This document shows, in pieces, positions 1 through 10,790 of a stretch of 64,000 bases of DNA. A model generated the notes under the pieces. That model saw only the letters and a list, made by a program, of their open reading frames with translations, made no database searches and was not told the origin of the DNA. Source of the DNA: Azolla caroliniana (lineage: Eukaryota > Plantae > Polypodiophyta); the NCBI GenBank assembly GCA_043228905.1, contig JBHGNT010000069.1, positions 1 to 64,000 of the forward strand, written 5' to 3'. The first letter of the stretch is position 1. Every line of letters begins with the position of its first letter. Made by a program: the position numbers and the translations under genes.

Positions 1-1
1 A

Positions 2-1663
2 CTCTGGGGTATCGTTTCGGCAGTAAAGGCCGACAAAGACTACCTGATTGGGACAGAAGTGATTATCGAGACGGATTGCCTGCCAATTCTCGGCATGGTT
101 TCCGGATGCGCGACAACGGACCTGGCGATGCTCAGGTGGATAGCGTACATCAAGTCCCTGGACTCGGAAATACGACACATTTCTGGAAAGGACAACGCCA
201 TGGCCGACATGCTTTCGAGGGCGAGGTTTGATGACGAGGGCGGCATGGTTTCGGAGGACGAAGAAGTCGGCGTGGACTTCTTCGAGGCAGCATACGTGAC
301 GACCGATGGGACGAGCGCTCCGGCACTTAACGGCTTCGACGAGAGCAAGTACGACGGCGAGTGGCTCCAGATCGGTGGTTTCTTGAGGACAATGACGCCG
401 GATGCGTCGTGGACGAGGGACGAGGCCAACCGGATCCGGAAGAAAGCATACCGCTTCTTTCTCCGGGACGGATACTTATGGAAGCACCCGAAGAAGAGGA
501 ATGACGTCCCGCTCCGGGTGGTGGCGATGAAGGAAGAACAGGAGGAGTTGCTGGCGGCCTACCACGACAGCCCTTGGGCTGGACACCGTGGAACGTGGGC
601 CACGTTCGAGAAGATAAAGGGGAAGTACTGGTGGCTGGGACTATACCGGGACGTGCATCGGTTCGTGACAACTTGCGAGAGCTGTCAGATGCACTCCATA
701 GTTCAGCATCGGGATGAGCTTCACCCTACATACCCTCCGACCATCCACTTCAAATGGATGGTGGATCTGGTGACGATGCTGATGGGAGTAGGACAAATGC
801 GGTATCTGGTCCTGGCTCGGGAAGATCTGACGAACCAGGTGGAAGGCCGAGCCCTTCAGAACAAAACGACCGCGGCCGTATGTCAGTTCCTGGTTGAGGA
901 CGTGATATGCCGGTACGGGTGTGTCGGGAAGATCGTGGCTGATCGCGGGGAGTTGGACGCCGAAGAGGCCGAGGAGCTGTTCGACCGACTAGGAGTCAGG
1001 CTCTCGCTCACCACTGCATACAATCCGGAGGCGAATGGGAAGGTGGAGCGCGGACACGGACCGATCGTCAAGGCGTTAGTTCGGGCATGCGGAGGTCAAG
1101 TCGGGAACTGGCCGCGGCTGTTGCCTTACGCGTTGTGGGCGGACCGAACTACGCACAGTTCGGTAACCGGATTCATGCCGGCAGAGCTCATGTTTGGGCA
1201 GAAGCCGATCATGCCGATGGAACGTACGATCTCCTCATGGGCAACCGTGGACTGGAGAGACGAGATGAGCCGGGAGGAACTATTGACGGCGCGCATACGG
1301 CAACTCGAGCGAAGACCGGAGGACGTGGAGCAGGCTACGGAAAGGCTTTGGGTGGCAAGGACGAGGAACAAAGCCCGGTTCGACCGGACGCACCGGCTCC
1401 GACCGAAGAAGATCGAGGAAGGCGACTGGGTGCTAGTCTACGACAGCAGCCTCGACAACCAGCACCGAGCGACACGAAAGTTCGCAAGAAGGTGGTTCGG
1501 GCCTTACGTGGTACAAAGCGCCAACGACAACGGGACGTACCATCTGGCGGAACTCGACGGCACGAGAATGGCGATACCGGTAGCTGGGAAGCGGATCAAA
1601 GCGTTCAAGAAGCGTCACGACGACGAGCCGGATCCGGTTAACCTGGACCGGAACGACGAATGA
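2..1663 (+). CDS. Ty3/Gypsy pol C-terminus (end of RNase H, integrase with GPY/F module); open from the window edge
   Basis: RNase H tail (ETDCLP...RWIAYI...HISGKDNAMADMLSR), HHCC zinc finger (HDSPWAGH...CESC), DDE residues (WMVD, VADRG, KVER), FGPY module; no stop from 2 to 1663; no chromodomain. Confidence 0.95.
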   Translation, partial: LWGIVSAVKADKDYLIGTEVIIETDCLPILGMVSGCATTDLAMLRWIAYIKSLDSEIRHISGKDNAMADMLSRARFDDEGGMVSEDEEVGVDFFEAAYVTTDGTSAPALNGFDESKYDGEWLQIGGFLRTMTPDASWTRDEANRIRKKAYRFFLRDGYLWKHPKKRNDVPLRVVAMKEEQEELLAAYHDSPWAGHRGTWATFEKIKGKYWWLGLYRDVHRFVTTCESCQMHSIVQHRDELHPTYPPTIHFKWMVDLVTMLMGVGQMRYLVLAREDLTNQVEGRALQNKTTAAVCQFLVEDVICRYGCVGKIVADRGELDAEEAEELFDRLGVRLSLTTAYNPEANGKVERGHGPIVKALVRACGGQVGNWPRLLPYALWADRTTHSSVTGFMPAELMFGQKPIMPMERTISSWATVDWRDEMSREELLTARIRQLERRPEDVEQATERLWVARTRNKARFDRTHRLRPKKIEEGDWVLVYDSSLDNQHRATRKFARRWFGPYVVQSANDNGTYHLAELDGTRMAIPVAGKRIKAFKKRHDDEPDPVNLDRNDE

Positions 1664-1772
1664 TCCGAAATCGAGGAAGAACCGACGGGCGGGGAATGAA
1701 GGCTGGACCGGTTTTCTCCGTCCCAACTCAATTTGGCGCATGCCGGTGGATGCACGGTTAGGTGGGGGCGGA

Positions 1773-2400
1773 TGTCGTGAAGAAAACCGTCCACGAGCGG
1801 AATCGGTGCGCCGGAGCATAGGAACCGGCACTTCATACACGTACGCCTTGTGTTGTACATAGGAGAGAATTAGGGACATGGAAGATCCTAGGTAGGTAGA
1901 TTCGGTAGGTAGGAAGTTAATAGGAAACGGCTCCTTCCTTGCCTATAAAAGGAGGGAGACGAGGAGGGGAAAGGGGGATCGCGCATAGAGAGGACGAAGT
2001 GCTGTCGGATTGCGGGCCGAAGGCTTCTCTCTCTTCCATACTATGTAACTTCTTCTGTGCAGGTTTCAGGAGGCTCGCGCTGCTCTGAGGAATGCCCGAG
2101 TGCTTCCGGCAGCACCTCCAACCTACTCCCTTCTTTCTGTGCGCTTACGAACAGGCATCGACATCTGTTCGCCGGCCTGTTCGGTTGTAACCGACTTCGG
2201 GTTCTTGTTGTTTGTCTTTGTTAATACATACATACATTCGTGTCTATATGTGTCGCTGTCCCACTCGCGTCTTTGTGTCGAAGGGCCGTGTCCCTGTGAA
2301 TCTACGCTCGCACGTAGTGGGTTCCCTTCTACTTTCTGTCTTGCTCTTCGGTACAAGACCCCCGAGGTCCTGCCTCGTTCCACGCATCCGCGAGGAATAC
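1773..2400 (+). repeat. 3' LTR of element 1 (terminal ~7 nt missing)
   Basis: Starts TGTCGTGAAGAAAACCGTCC like the LTR ends at 23342 and 23905 (minus strand); TATAAAA near 1944; U5 motif AAGACCCCCGAGGTCCTGCC shared with the other family LTRs. Confidence 0.88.
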
Positions 2401-5400
2401 CGAAAGAACTGTCGGCATTTCTGTAAAGACAAGGAAACCGACGGTACCGATTCGAAGCAAACCGCGAACCGGAACGGTAAAGACCGGAGGGGGCCGGACC
2501 GAAAGGGAACGACGACAATCGCGGCAAGTGAAGAAGAGTTGATGCTCATCACCGAGGAGTGTGAGATAAACCTTGCCGGCGACGAGATGACCTGGGTGGT
2601 AGACTCCGGAGCATCGTTCCACCTTACCCCGGACCGGAAATGCTTCTCATCCTATTCAGCCGGTGATCACGGCTGTGTCCGGATGGGGAATGAAGGAACA
2701 TGCCGAATTGTCGGCATAGGAGACGTGTGGCTGACAACACCAACCGGATGCAAGTTGCTGTTGAAGGATGTCCAACACGTTCCGGAGGTTCGTCTGAACC
2801 TGATATCAGCCGATCGGCTAGATGATGAGGGCTACACGGGTAGCATCCGGAACGACGTCATGAAGTTCAGCAAAGGGAGCCTGATTGTGGCTCGGGCTCG
2901 GAAGGTAAACACACTGTACCTGATGAACGCTCGGTTATTCCCGGAAGAACTGAACCTGGCATCCGACACTGCCGGTGAGCTGTGGCACAAGAGGCCGTGT
3001 CATATGAGCGAGAAGGGGATGAAGAGGCTTGCAGACGACAACCTCATTCCAGTGAAGAACGTGCACTTAGAGAAGTGCACTGATTGTCTGGTCGGTAAGC
3101 AGAACCGGACCTCCTTCCGACCAAGGCCACCGATGAGACGTAATGCACCACTAGAGTTGGTGCATACGGATGTGTGTCAGGTAGACACGAAGTCACATGC
3201 CGGAGCGCAGTACTTTGTGACGTTCATAGATGACCACAACCGGAAGCTGTGGGCCACACCGTTGAAGACGAAGGATCAGGTGTTATCCGTCTTCAAAGAG
3301 CTCCACGCGAGAGTGGAAAGAGAAACCGGTCGGAAGCTGAAGGCGGTTCGAGCAGATAACGGAGGAGAATACCGGGGGCAGTTCGAGGAGTACTGCCGCT
3401 CGAAGGGAATCCGACTCGAATTTACCGTGCCGAAGACGCCGGAACTAAACGGACTGGCCGAGAGGATGAACCAGACCATAATGGAGAGGGTTCGGAGTAT
3501 GCTAGCGCATGCAAAACTACCCAAGAAGTTTTGGGCTGAGGCATTGTCGACGGCGACATTCGTGATAAACAGATCACCCTCAGTACCCTTGGACGGAGAC
3601 ACGCCACAGAGAGTTTGGACCGGTAAGGAAGTATCCTACCGGCATTTGAAGGTGTTCGGGTGTCTCGCGTACGTGCATGTAGCTAAGGACCGGAGAGGAA
3701 AGCTAGATCCAAAGACCCGGCCATGCATATTCCTCGGTTACGGTGACGATGAGTTCGGCTACCGAGTGTGGGACCTGGTCGATAAGAAGGTATTCTGGAG
3801 TCGAGATATTATCTTCATGGAGAACAAGACGCTCGCTGACTGGGAGTCGGAGGAGATGATAATGAACTCCGAGTCGACCAGTAAGGATCGACTCTATGAT
3901 GAGCAGTCCCAACCGGCAAGAGACCGGTTAGCACTCCAGGGACCAGACGGTTACGGTGAGGATACCGAACGGGCTAAAGAAGAAGTAGAGGAAGCAGAAA
4001 CCAGAACCGGCCAAGACCCCGAATCAGATTCGGATGAAGAGCAGAGTGGTGAGCCGGTCACCGAAGCCTAGAGACGGAGATATCCTCTCAGAGAGAGAAG
4101 GCCCCCCCGGAGATTTCAGGATGCAGAGCATGTTCTGCTGACCGATGAAGGGGAACCGGATAGCTTCGAAGAAGCGAAGGAAGACACCCACAACCGAAAA
4201 TGGTTAAGTGCCATGCAGGATGAGATGGATTCCCTGCATGAGAACCATACGTACGAATTGGTGGAGTTGCCGAAAGGAAAGCGGGCACTCCGAAACAAGT
4301 GGGTGTACAAGTTGAAACCGGGAGATGCCGGAAACCCCCCGAGATACAAAGCCAAGATTGTGGTGAAGGGGTTCCAGCAGAAGAAGGGCGTGGACATCGA
4401 CGAGATATTTGCCCCGGTAGTAAAGATGACCTCCATCCGGACGGTGCTGAGTATAGCAGCAAGCATGAACCTCGAGGTAGAGCAGCTGGACGTGAAGACG
4501 ACATTCCTTCACGGCGACCTCGAAGAGGAGATCTACATGCAGCAACCGGAAGGATTCGTGGAGAAAGGGAAGGAGCACCTCGTATGTCGGTTGAAGAAGA
4601 GCCTGTACGGACTGAAGCAGGCTCCCCGACAATGGTACTAGAAGTTCGACTCCTTCATGACCGATCAAGGGTACCACAAGACGCAGGCCGATCACTGCGT
4701 GTTTGTGAAGAAGTTCGAAGGAGGCGACTTCCTAATACTCCTGTACGTGGATGACATGTTGATCGTCGGACGGGACCAAGTCAAAATACGGATGCTGAAG
4801 AAGGCTCTCAACCGGACCTTCTGAATGAAAGACTTGGGTCCGGCAAGACAGATGCTGGGGATGCACATCATTCGGGACCGGTCAAAGAAGCAATTATGGC
4901 TGTCATAGGAGAAGTACGTGACAAAGGTGCTTCACCGGTTCAACATGTCAGAAGCAAAACCGGTCGGATCGACACTTCCGGCAAACTGCAGGCTATCCGG
5001 TAAGCAAAGCCCTAAGACGAAAGCAGAGAAGGCGGATATGATGAAGATTCCATATGCCTCTGCCGTCGGGAGCTTGATGTACGCAATGGTTTGTACCCGA
5101 CCGGACATAGGATACGCAATCGGAGTGGTGAGCCGATTTATGAGCAATCCCGGCAAGGAGCACTGGAACGCGGTCAAATGGATACTCCGGTATTTGAAGG
5201 GCACTTTAAATATGTGTCTCCGATTCGGCTCCGGAAAACCTCAACTGGACGGTTTCACCGATTCGGACATGTCGGCTGATGTGGATACCAGCCGGTCTAC
5301 ATCCGGGTATGTAATGACATATGTAGGGGGAGCTGTTTCGTGGCAGTCGAGGCTGTAGAAGACGGTTGCACTATCAACCACGGAGGCAGAGTACATGGCA

Positions 5401-5721
5401 GCTGTGGAAGCCGGCAAGGAAATATTATGGATGAAGGACTTCATCGGAGAGCTCGGTATCCGGCAAGAGGAATACCGACTCTATTGCGACAGTCAAAGTG
5501 CCATCCACCTTGCTAAGAATGCGGCCTACCATTCTCGGACGAAGCATATCCAGCGAAGATATCACTGGATCCGGGAAAGAGTAGATGACCAGGAGTTCGC
5601 TCTGACGAAGATCCACACGATCGAGAACGGGTCAGATATGCTGACCAAAGTTCTGATACCCGACAAGCTGGATGCATGTCGGAAGCGGATCGGACTGATA
5701 AGACACCCCATGCCGGAGTGA
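2400..5721 (+). pseudogene. Copia polyprotein with five in-frame stops (4069, 4639, 4822, 4906, 5356)
   Basis: WVVDSGASFH protease, GAG-pre-integrase, VHTDV/ADNGGEY/NGLAER integrase, YVDD at 4744, RNase H; ORFs 2212, 4213, 4918 and 5395 share one frame. Confidence 0.93.
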
Positions 5722-5731
5722 AGGGGGAGTT

Positions 5732-6403
5732 TGTTGGGAGACAGGTCCCTCCGAATGGGAAGGGAGAAGAACAGTGCCGATTATCGGCCGTATGAGGAGG
5801 ACCCGGCTACGGAGAGCCAGATGGTGCAGGCCTGGTATGAACCGGATGAGGAGTACTCGGCTACGGAGAGCCGGATGGTGCAGGCCCGGTATGAACCGGA
5901 TGAGGAGTACCCGGCTACGGAGAGCCGAATGGTGCAGGCCCGGTATGAACCGGATGAGGAGTACCCGGCTACAGAGAGCCGGATGAGGAATACCCGGCTA
6001 CGGAGAGCCGGATGGTACAGACCCGGTGAGAACCGGATGAAGAGACATATTCGTAAATATGTTTCTGAGAGCCCATCGAGGCTATATTTGTAAATAGCCG
6101 AAAAGTCATATTAGTATAAATATGACTTAGGGCAAACTTTTAGTTGTAGTTGTAGTTGTTATCATTTTTCTTGTTCGTGAGTCCGAGGTCGTTGCCTCCG
6201 TGAACTCACTGTTTTGTACATTCTTACATAGTGACAGTTTGCAGCCTGTGGGCTGCCGTGGTTTTTTCCCCTAGTTTGGGGTTTTCCACGTAAACCTCCT
6301 GTGTATTTTTTTGTGTGTTGCGTCTTATTTCCCGTTTTCTGTGTATCATTCTAAGCTTGGTTGTGGCCGAGCGTTGCGCATAAGGAACGACCAGTTCCCG
6401 TCA
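5732..6403 (+). repeat. Copia 3' LTR
   Basis: TGTTGGGA...TCCCGTCA imperfect inverted termini directly after the PPT; composition shifts to AT-rich afterwards. Confidence 0.8.
5794..6038 (+). repeat. 54-bp tandem repeat in Copia U3 (4 full units plus one 29-bp partial unit)
   Basis: Units start at 5794, 5848, 5902, 5956 (partial) and 5985; consensus GAGGAGTACCCGGCTACGGAGAGCCGGATGGTGCAGGCCCGGTATGAACCGGAT. Confidence 0.95.
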
Positions 6404-8854
6404 GATGGATGTAAGATAATATGGATGTATATTGTTCCCATCATTTTGGGAAATGATGTCAGCTAACTTAGTTGCTAACTTTACTTTTGTTGCTATAGTT
6501 GTTGGTAGTATAGGATACATTATGTGATCATTTGTAGTTTGGGAGGAGTAAAGCATAATAATCTTGGAGATATGGTATACAAATATGTTTGTCTTGTATA
6601 TACACATCAAATCGGCCATGGTGTGGGTCTAAGGGAATCAGATGTTATCTTCGTTTCTCCAACACAACTTTTGTACCTCTTTCTTGTGATTTTATAATAC
6701 CAAGGCGTATCTTAAAAAAAGAAGATCTACACATATCTATTGTACATGTGTTTCAAGCTCAAAAAATATGGGGAAAATGATAAGGTGAACCATGACATCA
6801 CACACACATCTTGCTCCATTGACATTTGAAGACACTCAAGCAAAAATGACTCATTATACATCACATACATTCTATCCAATCTACTTCAAGGTTTGCTTGT
6901 ATTGCGAAGATTGAAAAGTAAATCCAATCTCATCTAGATGCAACTAATTCCATACGTACATACATCCATATTCAAAACTTCTTAAGCTTAATAGAAACCA
7001 TTAACCAGAATTATGAAGTAGATTGCAAGGCATCAACATACATGTCAAGATCCCCAATCAACAAACCTTGATGACCCACTAATAGAATATTACACAAGGA
7101 CGACCCCATGCCTTAATGTGTTGACTAGAGTAGTTGGGTGCATAAATTCCAACAAACCATATCACCACATCAAATCTTTGATTTCTAGTACCAAAAAACA
7201 TCCATATGGATCATTGTACTATACATGCGCAAAACTTATCTTGAATCATTATTACAACATTGAAATGATGATGAGATGGTTCACTAACATAAAATGTTGC
7301 AAAATCATGCAATTGTTTTCTCAACTGCACATAGTGTACCCCTTACTAAATATAGTTTGTCCTAAAACGTATTTCTTATGAGGAGAACAAGGCCGTCTCA
7401 TAGGTACCAATTTCATATAATTAACCTAGTTTTGATCCTTGCTCCTTACGAGAAATTGTATTTATAAATGTACTACATACTTGCTTTCTCAAGATCTGCA
7501 TAAAGATTTGCATGTACTACATCCACTAAACTCTAATTAAACGCTGTTGACTATCCCCCTTCAATGTGAAGCCCTTGATTATTTAGAGGATGCATGATTC
7601 TCTTGAAAAAACATCAAATTGTAGATGAGTGGAAAATATTTTGATTTCACATCTATTTTTGCCATGGAGTTTTCTTCGATTCTTCGATTCTTAAAAAATC
7701 TTGCACACACCTAAGCTCATTATTATTATTCATATCTTTCATCTTAGACAGTCCCTTCCCTTTATTCTTACATTGCAATTGCTATCATTTATTACTTGTT
7801 CCTACATGTGTAGGTACTCCAATGTATTGTTTTTTGTCTACACCACCTAATCCATGCCTATGACCTTGATCATCCTTATCCACCCCACTAGAAGTCATCA
7901 AATACTAGTAAAGAAATATTTCTTGATCCACAAAACTAAGGAAGTTTACCAATGTTTGTTTGGAGACTCTTTATTGGGGTTGTCCTTTAGGTTCAACCCT
8001 TAAGAGGAGAGCTTTGACATCATGTACATGTTGCTTTCTTATTGTTCAAATTGGAAGACTATATATATCAACTCATGTGATGCCCTATTGCACACGCTAT
8101 TTGAAAATATCTATCGAAATTATCACAAGTTTTGTCTTCTTGTTATCTTATGCCTATGTAATGGGACTTTAGTCAATATGCGCATCATCAAGCAAAGGAT
8201 GAGATGGAAATCATATTCCAAACATTACGGTATCGAGCATTGCTGCTTAATTGGAATATCTGCAATACTTTCATGTTGATGGAAGACTTGGAATGAATGC
8301 ATATATTAGAAAGTTGAGACTCGGCATAGTTATGTTGCAAATGTAGATGCAACTAAGTCTTGTGTGGAAATGTCGATGCAACCGACTTTATGATGCGGTA
8401 GATCAAAGTGTCGAAGATGTCTTGCTTGAGATATGGGAGAACTTGTTGGCAGTAGTCCGTGGCCAGTATGACAATATGCATTGTTCCCCAGAGACTGTGA
8501 ATAAGAGAAGGAAGAAGCTTATTCACTTATGGAAAAAGTTGCCCCTGTTTATAGAGCCAACTCAAGGGCCTCAATAGCACTATCGACTTCCATGGACCCT
8601 TTCTTGAATATCAGTAAATCATGGCAGTGTGTAGCAGCAAATTCTAAAACCTTCTACAAAGTCCTATCTTTGGTCTTAGGATTATTGTACATCCTTGTAC
8701 ATAAAAAATTGTAAGCTAATTGAAAAAGAAGGAGAATTCAACGAGTTTGGTTATCTATTCCTATCATGCTGGATGCAAGCGTTGATGTTAAGTGGACGTA
8801 GCTAAGAACATGAGTTAAGATGGAGGAGGTGGTTGCAGCATATAGGAATGGAAA

Positions 8855-10405
8855 CGATTTTGGCGGTAAGGTCTGAGATGGTTGATGCGGACAATGAAGC
8901 ATATTTTTTATTTTAGATAACGATGAGTGATGATGTTGGCAGGGGTTGAACCAAATTTTCATAAGGAGAGGTAGAGAGTATACACTCATGTTGTTTTTGT
9001 AGGTACAACATTTTGGTGATAATCAACGACAACGAGATGGTTGATGTGGACTTGAGGAGGCTAATTTTTTGTTTTTTGATCAGGATGAGCAATTATGGTG
9101 TTGGGGTTGAAGCATATTATCAGGAGGAGGTGAGGAAAATTTGTTTTAGGCTCATTTGTTGTTGACAGTACAAGATTTTGGTGGTAATCGGCGAGATGGT
9201 GAGACTATTGATGTAAGACGATTTTTGCGGTAATCTCTAAGATGGTTGATGCAAACAATGAAGCATATTTTTAGTTTAGATAAGGATGAGTGAGGATGTT
9301 GGCGGGGGTTGAAACATATTTTCAGGAGGAGAGGTAGAGAGTACACTCATGTTGTTTTTGTAGGTACAACATTTTGGTGATAATCGGCGACAACGAGATG
9401 GTTGATGTGGACTTGAGGAAGCTGATATTCTGTTTTTTTTATCAAGATGAGTAATTATGGTGTAGGGCTTGAAGCATATTATCATGAGGAGGCGAGGGAA
9501 AGTTTTTTTAGACTCATTTGTTGTTGACAGTACATGATTTTGGTGGTAATCGACGAGATGGCGAGACTATTGATGCAAGACGATTTTCGCGGTAATCTCC
9601 GAGATGGTTGATGTGAACAATGATGCATATTTTTTAGTTTAGATAAGGATGAGTGATGATGTTGGCGGGGGTTGAAGCAAATTTTCATGAGGAGAGGTAG
9701 AGAGTATACACACGTTGTTTTTGTAGGTACAAGATTTTGGTGATAATTGGCGACAGTGAGATGGTTGATGTGGACTCGAGGAAGCTAATTTTTTGTTTTT
9801 TGATTAGGATGAGCAATGATGGTGTGGGGGTTGAAGCATATTATCATGAGGAGGTGATGAAAATTTGTTTTAGACTCATTTGTTGTTGACAGTACAGGAT
9901 TTTGGTGGTAATCGGCGAGATGGTGAGACTATTGATGTAAGACGATTTTTGCGGTAATATTTAACATGGTTGATGCGGACAATGAAGCATATTTTTAGTT
10001 TAGATAAGGATGAGTGATGATGTTGGCGGGGGTTGAAGCATATTTTCATGAGGAGAGGTAGAGAGTACACTCATGTTGTTTTTGTAGGTACAACATTTTG
10101 GTGATAATCGGCGACAACGAGATGGTTGATGTGGACTTGAGGAAGCTGAGTTCTTGTTTTTTGATCAGGATGAGTGATGATGGTATGGGGTTTGAAGCAT
10201 ATTATCGCAAGGAGGTGAGGAAAAGTCTTTTTTAGACTCATTTGTTGTTGTCAGTACAAAATTTTGGTCGTAATCGGCGAGTTGGCAAGACTATTGATGT
10301 ACAAGATTTTGGTGATAATCGGCAACATCTAGATGGTTGATGTGGACTTGAGGAAGCTGATTTCCTGTTTTTTTATTAGGATGAGTGATGATGGTGTGGG
10401 GGTTG
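8855..10405. repeat. ~362-bp tandem repeat, ~4 copies plus a partial copy, with internal sub-repeats
   Basis: GATGGTTGATG..ACAATGA.GCATATTTTT anchor at 8877, 9241, 9603 and 9965. Confidence 0.93.
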
Positions 10406-10790
10406 GTTATCTAAACCAGATTTTTGCAGAGGGAGAGTGATTGTATTTCATTCATTGGGACTTCCAAAAACATTTGCAAAAAGAAAGAAAAAACTGTATT
10501 AACAGCTTCGATCAGAAAAATGTTGCTCAATTCTTATGGATTGGCTGCCTTAGGTCATTAGTTATTCTCCTTGGGGCTGTCAGATATTCCCAAGGATTGA
10601 ATTACACAGTAGTATAGCATATGCTCTAATGGATATGTATCAAAATATGGGAGATACATTGGCATCACAATATGGTGGATCTACTGCTCATAATATTGTT
10701 TTTCTTGAGAGATATGGAAGGGAAACTCTCACTTTGGGAGCTGGATTTTAATTATTCCTTACATGTGGGGAGTAATGGTGATGATTCACA
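10402..10790 (+). pseudogene. Intronless, internally deleted fragment of a SAC-domain phosphoinositide phosphatase (SAC1/FIG4 type)
   Basis: Manual translation: VGYLNQIF..LYFIHWDFQK / KNCINSFDQKNVAQ / YGLAALGH*L..LSDIPK / SSIAYALMDMYQNMGDTLASQYGGSTAHNIVFLER / EGKLSLWELDFNYSLHVG, matching the plant SAC1 motif order as I recall it; stops and frameshifts present. Confidence 0.88.

Larger units (their letters stand above)
1..2400 (+). mobile_element. 3' part of a GC-rich Gypsy LTR retrotransposon (element 1), inserted into the Copia gag zinc knuckle
   Basis: Integrase ORF, PPT GGTTAGGTGGGGGCGGA at 1756-1772, LTR from 1773, then abrupt switch to Copia ...RKNCRH. Confidence 0.9.
2400..6403 (+). 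mobile_element. Ty1/Copia (Tnt1/Tork-like) retrotransposon, 3' two-thirds
   Basis: PR-INT-RT-RH domain order, PPT GAAGGGGGAG at 5720-5729, LTR 5732-6403. Confidence 0.93.

Noticed and set aside
6700-8700. Possible PPR or other gene debris
   Set aside because: Only isolated short motifs (KQLHD, DVVIW); not enough to support a call
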